A stretch of 64,000 nucleotides of DNA from assembly GCA_002269645.1 (NCBI GenBank), contig NIVC01000803.1, forward strand, positions 186,001-250,000, read 5' to 3'. The notes beneath the pieces were generated by a model. The model saw nothing but the letters and a program-made list of their open reading frames with translations, was not told the origin of the DNA and made no database searches. Made by a program: the position numbers and the translations under genes. Source of the DNA: Macrostomum lignano. Lineage: Eukaryota. Below, in pieces: positions 12,100 to 25,010 of the stretch (its first letter is position 1; each line of letters begins with the position of its first letter).

Positions 12100-15000
12100 G
12101 TTGGGACACTGTTGAGGTGACTGTTTGTTGGAACACTGTTGAGGTGACTGTTTGTTGGGACACTGTTGAGGTGACTGTTTGTTGGGACACTGTTGGTTGG
12201 GACTGTTTGTTGGGACACTGTTGAGGTGACTGTTTGTTGGGACACTGTTGGTTGGGACTGTTTGTTGGGACACTGTTGGTTGGGAATGTTTGTTGGGACA
12301 CTGTTGGTTGGGACTGTTTGTTGGGACACTGTTGAGGTGACTGTTTGTTGGGACACTGTTGGTTGGGACTGTTTGTTGGGACACTGTTGAGGTGACTGTT
12401 TGTTGGGACACTGTTGAGGTGACTGTTTGTTGGGACACTGTTGAGGTGACTGCTTGTTTGGGACACTGTTGAGGTGACAGTTTGTTGGAACACTGTTGAG
12501 ATGACTGTTTGTTGGGACACTGTTGAGGTGACTGTTTGTTGGAACACTGTTGAGATGACTGTTTGTTGGAACACTGTTGAGATGACTGTTTGTTGGGACA
12601 CTGTTGAGGTGACTGTTTGTTGGGACACTGTTGAGGTGACTGTTTGTTGGGACACTGTTGGTTGGGACTGTTTGTTGGGACACTGTTGAGGTGACTGTTT
12701 GTTGGGACACTGTTGAGGTGACTGTTTGTTGGGACACTGTTGAGGTGGCTGTTTGTTGGGACACTGTTGAGGTGACTGTTTGTTGGGACACTGTTGAGGT
12801 GACTGTTTGTTGGGACACTGTTGGTTGGGACTGTTTGTTGGGACACTGTTGAGGTGACTGTTTGTTGGGACACTGTTGGTTGGGACTGTTTGTTGGGACA
12901 CTGTTGAGGTGACTGTTTGTTGGGACAATGTTGGTTGGGACTGTTTGTTGGGACACTGTTGAGGTGACTGCTTGTTTGGGACACTGTTGAGGTGACAGTT
13001 TGTTGGAACACTGTTGAGATGACTGTTTGTTGGGACACTGTTGAGGTGACTGTTTGTTGGGACACTGTTGGTTGGGACTGTTTGTTGGGACACTGTTGAG
13101 GTGACTGTTTGTTGGGACACTGTTGAGGTGACTGTTTGTTGGGACACTGTTGAGGTGACTGTTTGTTGGGACACTGTTGAGGTGACTGTTTGTTGGGACA
13201 CTGTTGGTTGGGACTGTTTGTTGGGACACTGTTGAGGTGACTGTTTGTTGGGACACTGTTGGTTGGGACTGTTTGTTGGGACACTGTTGAGGTGACTGTT
13301 TGTTGGGACACTGTTGAGGTGACTGTTTGTTGGGACACTGTTGAGGTGACTGTTTGTTGGGACACTGTTGAGGTGACTGTTTGTTGGGACACTGTTGAGG
13401 TGACTGTTTATTGGGACACTGTTGGTTGGGACTGTTTGTTGGGACACTGTTGAGGTGACTGTTTGTTGGGACACTGTTGGTTGGGACTGTTTGTTGGGAC
13501 ACTGTTGGTTGGGAATGTTTGTTGGGACACTGTTGGTTGGGACTGTTTGTTGGGACACTGTTGAGGTGACTGTTTGTTGGGACACTGTTGGTTGGGACTG
13601 TTTGTTGGGACACTGTTGAGGTGACTGTTTGTTGGGACACTGTTGAGGTGACTGTTTGTTGGGACACTGTTGAGGTGACTGCTTGTTTGGGACACTGTTG
13701 AGGTGACAGTTTGTTGGAACACTGTTGAGATGACTGTTTGTTGGGACACTGTTGAGGTGACTGTTTGTTGGGACACTGTTGGTTGGGACTGTTTGTTGGG
13801 ACACTGTTGAGGTGACTGTTTGTTGGGACACTGTTGAGGTGACTGTTTGTTGGGACACTGTTGAGGTGACTGTTTGTTGGGACACTGTTGGTTGGGACTG
13901 TTTGTTGGGACACTGTTGAGGTGACTGTTTGTTGGGACACTGTTGAGGTGACTGTTTGTTGGGACACTGTTGGTTGGGACTGTTTGTTGGGACACTGTTG
14001 AGGTGACTGTTCGTTGGGACACTGTTGAGGTGACTGTTTGTTGGGACACTGTTGGTTGGGACTGTTTGTTGGGACACTGTTGAGGTGACTGTTTGTTGGG
14101 ACACTGTTGGTTGGGACTGTTTGTTGGGACACTGTTGAGGTGACTGTTTGTTGGGACACTGTTGAGGTGACTGTTTGTTGGGACACTGTTGAGGTGACTG
14201 CTTGTTTGGGACACTGTTGAGGTGACAGTTTGTTGGAACACTGTTGAGATGACTGTTTGTTGGGACACTGTTGAGGTGACTGTTTGTTGGGACACTGTTG
14301 GTTGGGACTGTTTGTTGGGACACTGTTGAGGTGACTGTTTATTGGGACACTGTTGAGATGACTGTTTGTTGGGACACTGTTGAGGTGACTGTTTGTTGGG
14401 ACACTGTTGGTTGGGACTGTTTGTTGGGACACTGTTGAGGTGACTGTTTGTTGGGACACTGTTGGTTGGGACTGTTTGTTGGGACACTGTTGAGGTGACT
14501 GTTTGTTGGGACACTGTTGAGGTGACTGTTTGTTGGGACACTGTTGAGGTGACTGTTTGTTGGGACACTGTTGGTTGGGACTGTTTGTTGGAACACTGTT
14601 GAGATGACTGCTTGTTTGGGACACTGTTGGTTGGGACTGTTTGTTGGAACACCGTTGAGATGACTGCTTGTTTGGGACACTGTTGAGGTGACAGTTTGTT
14701 GGAACACTGTTGAGATGACTGTTTGTTGGGACACTGTTGAGGTGGCTGTTTGTTGGGACACTGTTGAGGTGACTGTTTGTTGGGACACTGTTGAGGTGAC
14801 TGTTTGTTGGGACACTGTTGGTTGGGACTGTTCGTTGGGACACTGTTGAGGTGACTGTTTGTTGGGACACTGTTGGTTGGGACTGTTTGTTGGAACACTG
14901 TTGAGATGACTGCTTGTTTGGGACACTGTTGAGGTGACTGTTTGTTGGAACACTGTTGAGATGACTGTTTGTTGGGACACTGTTGAGGTGACTGTTTGTT

Positions 15001-18000
15001 GGGACACTGTTGAGGTGACTGTTTGTTGGGACACTGTTGAGTTGACTGTTTGTTGGGACACTGTTGAGGTGACTGTTTGTTGGACACTGTTGAGATGACT
15101 GTTTGTTGGAACACTGTTGAGATGACTGCTTGTTGGGACACTGTTGAGGTGACTGTTTGTTGACACTGTTGAGGTGACTGTTTGTTGGGACACTGTTGAG
15201 GTGACTGTTTGTTGGGACACTGTTGGTTGACTGTTTGTTGGGACACTGTTGGTTGGGACTGTTTGTTGGGACACTGTTGAGGTGACTGTTTGTTGGGACA
15301 CTGTTGGTTGGGACTGTTTGTTGGGACACTGTTGAGGTGACTGTTTGTTGGGACACTGTTGAGGTGACTGTTTGTTGGGACACTGTTGGTTGGGACTGTT
15401 TGTTGGGACACTGTTGAGGTGACTGTTTGTTGGGACACTGTTGAGGTGACTGTTTGTTGGGACACTGTTGAGGTGACTGTTTGTTGGGACACTGTTGAGA
15501 TGACTGTTTGTTGGGACACTGTTGAGGTGACTGTTTGTTGGGACACTGTTGAGGTGACTGTTTGTTGGGACACTGTTGAGTTGACTGTTTGTTGGGACAC
15601 TGTTGGTTGGGACTGTTTGTTGGGACACTGTTGGTTGGGAATGTTTGTTGGGACACTGTTGGTTGGGACTGTTTGTTGGGACACTGTTGAGGTGACTGTT
15701 TGTTGGGACACTGTTGGTTGGGACTGTTTGTTGGGACACTGTTGAGGTGACTGTTTGTTGGGACACTGTTGAGGTGACTGTTTGTTGGGACACTGTTGAG
15801 GTGACTGCTTGTTGGGACACTGTTGAGGTGACAGTTTGTTGGACACTGTTGAGATGACTGTTTGTTGGGACACTGTTGAGGTGACTGTTTGTTGGGACAC
15901 TGTTGGTTGGGACTGTTTGTTGGGACACTGTTGAGGTGACTGTTTGTTGGGACACTGTTGAGGTGACTGTTTGTTGGGACACTGTTGAGGTGACTGTTTG
16001 TTGGGACACTGTTGGTTGGGACTGTTTGTTGGGACACTGTTGAGGTGACTGTTTGTTGGGACACTGTTGGTTGGGACTGTTTGTTGGGACACTGTTGAGG
16101 TGACTGTTTGTTGGGACACTGTTGAGGTGACTGTTTGTTGGGACACTGTTGAGGTGACTGTTTGTTGGGACACTGTTGAGGTGACTGTTTGTTGGGACAC
16201 TGTTGAGGTGACTGTTTGTTGGACACTGTTGAGATGACTGTTTGTTGGGACACTGTTGAGGTGACTGTTTGTTGGACACTGTTGAGATGACTGTTTGTTG
16301 GACACTGTTGAGGTGACTGTTTGTTGGGACACTGTTGAGGTGACTGTTTGTTGGGACACTGTTGAGGTGACTGTTTGTTGGGACACTGTTGGTGACTGTT
16401 TGTTGGGACACTGTTGAGGTGACTGTTTGTTGGGACACTGTTGAGGTGACTGTTTGTTGGACACTGTTGAGGTGACTGTTTGTTGGGACACTGTTGAGGT
16501 GACTGTTTGTTGGGACACTGTTGAGGTGACTGTTTGTTGGGACACTGTTGGTTGGGACTGTTTGTTGGGACACTGTTGAGGTGACTGTTTGTTGGGACAC
16601 TGTTGGTTGGGACTGTTTGTTGGGACACTGTTGAGGTGACTGTTTGTTGGGACACTGTTGGTTGGGACTGTTTGTTGGGACACTGTTGAGGTGACTGTTG
16701 TTGGGACACTGTTGAGGTGACTGTTTGTTGGAACACTGTTGAGATGACTGTTTGTTGGGACACTGTTGAGGTGACTGTTTGTTGGGACACTGTTGGTTGA
16801 CTGTTTGTTGGGACACTGTTGAGGTGACTGTTTGTTGGGACACTGTTGAGGTGACTGTTTGTTGGGACACTGTTGAGGTGACTGTTTGTTGGGACACTGT
16901 TGGTTGGGACTGTTTGTTGGGACACTGTTGGTTGGGACTGTTTGTTGGGACACTGTTGAGGTGACTGTTTGTTGGGACACTGTTGGTGGGACTGTTTGTT
17001 GGGACACTGTTGAGGTGACTGTTTGTTGGGACACTGTTGAGGTGACTGTTTGTTGGGACACTGTTGAGGTGACTGTTTGTTGGGACACTGTTGAGGTGAC
17101 TGTTTGTTGGGACACTGTTGGTTGGGACTGTTTGTTGGGACACTGTTGAGGTGACTGTTTGTTGGGACACTGTTGGTTGGGACTGTTTGTTGGGACACTG
17201 TTGAGGTGACTGTTTGTTGGGACACTGTTGAGGTGACTGTTTGTTGGGACACTGTTGGTTGGGACTGTTTGTTGGGACACTGTTGAGGTGACTGTTTGTT
17301 GGGACACTGTTGGTTGGGACTGTTTGTTGGGACACTGTTGAGGTGACTGTTTGTTGGGACACTGTTGAGGTGACTGTTTGTTGGGACACTGTTGAGGTGA
17401 CTGTTTGTTGGGACACTGTTGAGGTGACTGTTTGTTGGACACTGTTGAGATGACTGTTTGTTGGGACACTGTTGAGGTGACTGTTTGTTGGGACACTGTT
17501 GGTTGACTGTTTGTTGGGACACTGTTGAGGTGACTGTTTGTTGGGACACTGTTGAGATGACTGTTTGTTGGGACACTGTTGAGGTGACTGTTTGTTGGGA
17601 CACTGTTGGTTGGGACTGTTTGTTGGGACACTGTTGAGGTGACTGTTTGTTGGGACACTGTTGGTTGGGACTGTTTGTTGGGACACTGTTGAGGTGACTG
17701 TTTGTTGGGACACTGTTGAGGTGACTGTTTGTTGGGACACTGTTGAGGTGACTGTTTGTTGGGACACTGTTGGTTGGGACTGTTTGTTGGAACACTGTTG
17801 AGATGACTGCTTGTTGGGACACTGTTGGTTGACTGTTTGTTGGAACACTGTTGAGATGACTGTTTGTTGGGACACTGTTGAGGTGACTGTTTGTTGGACA
17901 CTGTTGAGATGACTGTTTGTTGGGACACTGTTGAGGTGACTGTTTGTTGGGACACTGTTGAGGTGACTGTTTGTTGGGACACTGTTGAGGTGACTGTTTG

Positions 18001-21000
18001 TTGGGACACTGTTGGTTGGGACTGTTTGTTGGGACACTGTTGAGGTGACTGTTTGTTGGGACACTGTTGAGGTGACTGTTTGTTGGAACACTGTTGAGAT
18101 GACTGTTTGTTGGGACACTGTTGAGGTGACTGTTTGTTGGACACTGTTGAGGTGACTGTTTGTTGGGACACTGTTGAGGTGACTGTTTGTTGGGACACTG
18201 TTGAGGTGACTGTTTGTTGGGACACTGTTGAGTGACTGTTTGTTGGACACTGTTGAGGTGACTGTTTGTTGGGACACTGTTGAGGTGACTGTTTGTTGGA
18301 ACACTGTTGAGATGACTGTTTGTTGGGACACTGTTGAGGTGACTGTTTGTTGGGACACTGTTGAGGTGACTGTTTGTTGGGACACTGTTGACACTGTTGG
18401 TTGACTGTTTGTTGGGACACTGTTGAGTGACTGTTTGTTGGGACACTGTTGGTTGGGACTGTTTGTTGGGACACTGTTGGTTGGGACTGTTTGTTGGGAC
18501 ACTGTTGAGGTGACTGTTTGTTGGGACACTGTTGGTTGGGACTGTTTGTTGGGACACTGTTGAGGTGACTGTTTGTTGGGACACTGTTGAGGTGACTGTT
18601 TGTTGGGACACTGTTGAGGTGACTGTTTGTTGGGACACTGTTGAGGTGACTGTTTGTTGGGACACTGTTGAGGTGACTGTTTGTTGGGACACTGTTGAGG
18701 TGACTGTTTGTTGGGACACTGTTGAGTGACTGTTTGTTGGGACACTGTTGAGTTGACTGTTTGTTGGGACACTGTTGGTTGGGACTGTTTGTTGGGACAC
18801 TGTTGGTTGGGACTGTTTGTTGGGACACTGTTGAGGTGACTGTTTGTTGGGACACTGTTGAGTGACTGTTTGTTGGGACACTGTTGAGGTGACTGTTTGT
18901 TGGGACACTGTTGAGGTGACTGTTTGTTGGGACACTGTTGAGGTGACTGTTTGTTGGGACACTGTTGAGGTGACTGTTTGTTGGGACACTGTTGAGGTGA
19001 CTGTTTGTTGGGACACTGTTGAGGTGACTGTTTGTTGGGACACTGTTGAGGTGACTGTTTGTTGGGACACTGTTGAGGTGACTGTTTGTTGGGACACTGT
19101 TGAGGTGACTGTTTGTTGGGACACTGTTGAGGTGACTGTTTGTTGGGACACTGTTGAGGTGACTGTTTGTTGGGACACTGTTGAGGTGACTGTTTGTTGG
19201 GACACTGTTGAGGTGACTGTTTGTTGGGACACTGTTGGTTGACTGTTTGTTGGGACACTGTTGAGGTGACTGTTTGTTGGGACACTGTTGAGGTGACTGT
19301 TTGTTGGGACACTGTTGAGTTGACTGTTTGTTGGGACACTGTTGAGGTGACTGTTTGTTGGGACACTGTTGGTGACTGTTTGTTGGGACACTGTTGAGGT
19401 GACTGTTTGTTGGGACACTGTTGAGGTGACTGTTTGTTGGGACACTGTTGAGGTGACTGTTTGTTGGGACACTGTTGAGGTGACTGTTTGTTGGGACACT
19501 GTTGAGGTGACTGTTTGTTGGGACACTGTTGAGGTGACTGTTTGTTGGGACACTGTTGAGTGACTGTTTGTTGGGACACTGTTGAGGTGACTGTTTGTTG
19601 GGACACTGTTGAGGTGACTGTTTGTTGGGACACTGTTGAGGTGACTGTTTGTTGGGACACTGTTGAGGTGACTGTTTGTTGGGACACTGTTGAGGTGACT
19701 GTTTGTTGGGACACTGTTGAGTTGACTGTTTGTTGGGACACTGTTGAGGTGACTGTTTGTTGGGACACTGTTGAGGTGACTGTTTGTTGGGACACTGTTG
19801 AGTGACTGTTTGTTGGGACACTGTTGAGGTGACTGTTTGTTGGGACACTGTTGAGGTGACTGTTTGTTGGGACACTGTTGAGGTGACTGTTTGTTGGGAC
19901 ACTGTTGAGGTGACTGTTTGTTGGGACACTGTTGAGGTGACTGTTTGTTGGGACACTGTTGAGGTGACTGTTTGTTGGGACACTGTTGAGGTGACTGTTT
20001 GTTGGGACACTGTTGAGGTGACTGTTTGTTGGGACACTGTTGAGGTGACTGTTTGTTGGGACACTGTTGAGGTGACTGTTTGTTGGGACACTGTTGAGTG
20101 ACTGTTTGTTGGGACACTGTTGAGGTGACTGTTTGTTGGGACACTGTTGGTGACTGTTTGTTGGGACACTGTTGAGGTGACTGTTTGTTGGGACACTGTT
20201 GAGGTGACTGTTTGTTGGGACACTGTTGGTTGACTGTTTGTTGGGACACTGTTGAGGTGACTGTTTGTTGGGACACTGTTGAGGTGACTGTTTGTTGGGA
20301 CACTGTTGAGGTGACTGTTTGTTGGGACACTGTTGGTGACTGTTTGTTGGGACACTGTTTGACTGTTTGTTGGAACACTGTTGAGATGACTGCTTGTTTG
20401 GGACACTGTTGGTTGGGACTGTTTGTTGGAACACCGTTGAGATGACTGCTTGTTTGGGACACTGTTGAGGTGACAGTTTGTTGGAACACTGTTGAGATGA
20501 CTGTTTGTTGGGACACTGTTGAGGTGGCTGTTTGTTGGGACACTGTTGAGGTGACTGTTTGTTGGGACACTGTTGAGGTGACTGTTTGTTGGGACACTGT
20601 TGGTTGGGACTGTTCGTTGGGACACTGTTGAGGTGACTGTTTGTTGGGACACTGTTGGTTGGGACTGTTTGTTGGAACACTGTTGAGATGACTGTTTGTT
20701 GGGACACTGTTGAGGTGACTGTTTGTTGGAACACTGTTGAGATGACTGTTTGTTGGGACACTGTTGAGGTGACTGTTTGTTGGGACACTGTTGAGGTGAC
20801 TGTTTGTTGGGACACTGTTGAGTTGACTGTTTGTTGGGACACTGTTGAGGTGACAGTTTGTTGGAACACTGTTGAGATGACTGTTTGTTGGAACACTGTT
20901 GAGATGACTGCTTGTTTGGGACACTGTTGGTTGGGACTGTTTGTTGGGACACTGTTGAGGTGACTGTTTATTGGGACACTGTTGAGATGACTGTTTGTTG

Positions 21001-22775
21001 GGACACTGTTGAGGTGACTGTTTGTTGGGACACTGTTGGTTGGGACTGTTTGTTGGGACACTGTTGAGGTGACTGTTTGTTGGGACACTGTTGGTTGGGA
21101 CTGTTTGTTGGGACACTGTTGAGGTGACTGTTTGTTGGGACACTGTTGAGGTGACTGTTTGTTGGGACACTGTTGGTTGGGACTGTTTGTTGGGACACTG
21201 TTGAGGTGACTGTTTGTTGGGACACTGTTGAGGTGACTGTTTGTTGGGACACTGTTGAGGTGACTGTTTGTTGGGACACTGTTGAGGTGACTGTTTGTTG
21301 GGACACTGTTGAGGTGACTGTTTGTTGGGACACTGTTGAGGTGACTGTTTGTTGGGACACTGTTGGTTGGGACTGTTTGTTGGAACACTGTTGAGATGAC
21401 TGCTTGTTTGGGACACTGTTGGTTGGGACTGTTTGTTGGAACACTGTTGAGATGACTGCTTGTTTGGGACACTGTTGAGGTGACAGTTTGTTGGAACACT
21501 GTTGAGATGACTGTTTGTTGGGACACTGTTGAGGTGGCTGTTTGTTGGGACACTGTTGGTTGGGACTGTTTGTTGGGACACTGTTGAGGTGACTGTTCGT
21601 TGGGACACTGTTGAGGTGACTGTTCGTTGGGACACTGTTGAGGTGACTGTTTGTTGGGACACTGTTGGTTGGGACTGTTTGTTGGAACACTGTTGAGATG
21701 ACTGCTTGTTTGGGACACTGTTGAGGTGACTGTTTGTTGGAACACTGTTGAGATGACTGTTTGTTGGGACACTGTTGAGGTGACTGTTTGTTGGGACACT
21801 GTTGAGGTGACTGTTTGTTGGGACACTGTTGAGTTGACTGTTTGTTGGGACACTGTTGAGGTGACAGTTTGTTGGAACACTGTTGAGATGACTGTTTGTT
21901 GGAACACTGTTGAGATGACTGCTTGTTTGGGACACTGTTGAGGTGACTGTTTGTTAGAACACTGTTGAGGTGACTGTTTGTTGGGACACTGTTGAGGTGA
22001 CTGTTTGTTGGGACACTGTTGGTTGGGACTGTTTGTTGGGACACTGTTGGTTGGGACTGTTTGTTGGGACACTGTTGAGGTGACTGTTTGTTGGGACACT
22101 GTTGGTTGGGACTGTTTGTTGGGACACTGTTGAGGTGACTGTTTGTTGGGACACTGTTGAGGTGACTGTTTGTTGGGACACTGTTGGTTGGGACTGTTTG
22201 TTGGGACACTGTTGAGGTGACTGTTTGTTGGGACACTGTTGAGGTGACTGTTTGTTGGGACACTGTTGAGGTGACTGTTTGTTGGGACACTGTTGAGGTG
22301 ACTGTTTGTTGGGACACTGTTGAGGTGACTGTTTGTTGGGACACTGTTGAGGTGACTGTTTGTTGGGACACTGTTGGTTGGGACTGTTTGTTGGAACACT
22401 GTTGAGATGACTGCTTGTTTGGGACACTGTTGGTTGGGACTGTTTGTTGGAACACTGTTGAGATGACTGCTTGTTTGGGACACTGTTGAGGTGACAGTTT
22501 GTTGGAACACTGTTGAGATGACTGTTTGTTGGGACACTGTTGAGGTGGCTGTTTGTTGGGACACTGTTGGTTGGGACTGTTTGTTGGGACACTGTTGAGG
22601 TGACTGTTCGTTGGGACACTGTTGAGGTGACTGTTTGTTGGGACACTGTTGGTTGGGACTGTTTGTTGGAACACTGTTGAGATGACTGTTTATTTTTGTT
22701 GGGACCCTGTTGAGGTGACTTCTGAAGCGCTGTTGAGGTGGCTGTTTGCCAAGGCCTGTTGAGGTGACTTCTGAA
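12100..22775. repeat. Giant minisatellite (~10.7 kb), 27-bp unit GTTGGGACACTGTTGAGGTGACTGTTT with 28-bp and 26-bp variants
   Basis: About 390 tandem units; source of the 2500-3300 aa minus-strand ORFs. Confidence 0.98.
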
Positions 22776-24109
22776 TACTGTGTTAGCGTACTGATCGGAC
22801 GTCTATTAATTCTTAAGCACTGTTTCAGGTGCTATTTAAGACATTAAATAATGGGCTTAGAGCTAATGAAACTCGTTACTTTTTATCATGGCTAATAAAT
22901 TCGGACTCAGCAAGTTTTTGTCAAAGTCATAACGAGCATGTGGATCTTATTTCAATAAGCACAAGCCCATTGCCACACATCATTTTTAATTCCTTCAGGC
23001 CCGCCAAAAGTCGCTGAGCCTTTGATTATTTCTGCCAGGTACTACAAAGAATTTAATTATATTTTCTTCTCAGGAAAATGAATTGAAAAATCCCCAGCAA
23101 CAGAGGCGTCTACCTACCCAGTTCATTTGGGGAATAATTAGCAAGAATTCTGCAGGGAACCTATTGGAGCGAGTCCGCACCCCCCCTCCGCCGGAGGGCG
23201 TGCAATTCGTAATCGAATTCAAGCACAGAGAGGAATTTTTCCAGCTCCCTGGAGCCTACTATAGAGCTCTTCGAGCACGAAAGAAGACTCGAGTGGGCCA
23301 CCACAGGAGCAAGAATAAGTGGCAGGCGGAAACCATTGAGGATGTCGGAGGCCGCGGTAGAGAGAGAAAAAGGTCTAATTCTGCTGGGAATCTCCGTCCT
23401 ATGGCCTGCTCCTGCCCTCCCCGACCCCGGACCCGCCCTGACCCTCACCCCCTCTCCCAACACCCCTCCTCCAAGTGCTCGCCTCCGATCGCAATTCAAA
23501 CTTCCAGCTGGGGCTGCCTGCCGGCTGTCATTGGCTGTGGCTGCAGAGGAGATGCTCAAGCGGTCGGCGACCGATCTCTCCTGCTGCGCGGGAAGAGACG
23601 GGCAGAGATACCCAGCCCGGTTGATTCCTTCCTCTAGCTAAGCTTTACTCTCCTACCCGAGACTGAATCCAAAGGGGGAAGCCATTCTTCTTACCTATAG
23701 CGACGATCAACCATTGGCTCAGGCGGATAAGGACAGGCACGGTAGCCTTGGCCTAGAATTAACAGAACAAAATCCGCAAGCGCACGCTCGCCACCGCCTC
23801 CTCCTTCCAAAATTAACGTCTTCGGTCAAGTCAACTTAGTCGGCGCAGCAAATATTGTTTCTGGGTGCCATCCCCGACCGAGATCCGGAGCAGCAAGTAG
23901 CCCGTTGTGTCATTTTTGGCAGCATCGACCGGAGCCTACCTAAAGTTTCTAGGACAAACAGGCAGAGAGGAAGCGGAGAGCACACACGCAGGCAAGTAGA
24001 TAAAGGTTGGGAAGCCGATTGAACGGCTAAATGAAAAATAAGCACTGGGAGTTCGTTCATAGTGCAATTTGGTGGAACTGGAAAGATCGCCTTCCTTGCT
24101 GCTTCCAGC

Positions 24110-24319
24110 ATGAAAGTGTCCGACCTAATTGCCGAGCTGTTGAACGCGGCCGAGAAATCTGCCGAGCTGGCCAGGGCCATCAGGCGAGAGGAGTCGCTTT
24201 TCCACCTGCTGATTGAGGAGAAAACCGGCGACGATAAGAACAAGAGGTTCGGCTTCGACTTCAAAACTCTGGCTGACGTGCTGGTGCAGGAGATGATTCG
24301 GTTCGACCTGAACAAGAAG
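24110..24319 (+). CDS. INPP1: Inositol polyphosphate 1-phosphatase, coding exon 1
   Basis: MKVSDLIAELLNAAEKSAELARAIRREESLFHLLIEEK...DFKTLADVLVQEMI matches the INPP1 N-terminus; AAG|GTGAGG donor, phase 0. Confidence 0.95.
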
Positions 24320-24421
24320 GTGAGGCGTGAGACACCGGGGGACATTCGAGAGCTGCCTACTGGATAGGTCTATAGGACGAGTAGCACAGTGGTAAAGCGC
24401 CGACTTACTTGACTCAGCTGC

Positions 24422-25010
24422 AGGCAGGGGGTTCCAGGCATCCGGATATAGTGGGGAGGCGTCGCCGTCCATTCCGCTGACCCCTGGCGACCACGGTCGC
24501 GGTCGCCTCCAGAAAGTCCAGGAGGTGGATGGTCGCTCGCCCGGTAGCCCTAAGGTAAGGGGACGAGCTGGTAGAGGTTCTCGAGCCCGAAAATGTCGGA
24601 GAAGTCCGGGTTTGGGCCGAAGTAGGTGAGCCTGTCCTGATTAAGACTTCAAGGTGAAGTGCTTCGCATTCTCTACACCGGAGAAGCAGGATGGGCATTC
24701 CTCTCTACGGATTTTTCCCTGGAGGTAGCGATGCCGGCAAAACAGAAATGACTACAGAGGGCCATGGTCACCGCCCTGATGTCCCTGCGGTTGAGTCCAA
24801 GCAGGGCCCTGCGGATGGGCAGGGGAAGGACAGGGGACAGCCGCGCGGGATTGCCGGCAGCGCTAGCCCACCCACTAGTTAATCCGAGTGGTGAGGTAAA
24901 GTGCCAGAGTCCTGTACTCTGCAGGGAAATCGACCCGAGGCTTGTTGTCGTGAGATAAATGGGCATCATGAGAGCCAACCCACCCCAAGACGCAGAGAGA
25001 GTACATGCCT
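24422..25010 (-). mobile_element. Decayed non-LTR retrotransposon 3' end (RNase H-type ORF2 C-terminus plus 3' tail), frameshifted, in INPP1 intron 1
   Basis: Across frameshifts: VLGWVGSH (RNase H WVxxH-like), CRQSRAAVPCP, RRALLGLNRRDIRAVTMALCSH, CPSCFSGVENAKHF (CxxC-H), DRLTYFGP...SDIFGLENLYQL, LLDFLEAT. Confidence 0.75.

Noticed and set aside
11962-22674. Giant 476-3301 aa ORFs as a mucin/adhesive protein gene
   Set aside because: All three frames are open simply because the unit lacks stop-forming T contexts; frequent +/-1 variants switch frames; no unique N- or C-terminal domain or signal peptide.
24062-24109. N-terminal extension of INPP1 from the GTG start in the ORF track
   Set aside because: Homology starts at the ATG at 24110, and the preceding sequence looks like a splice acceptor.
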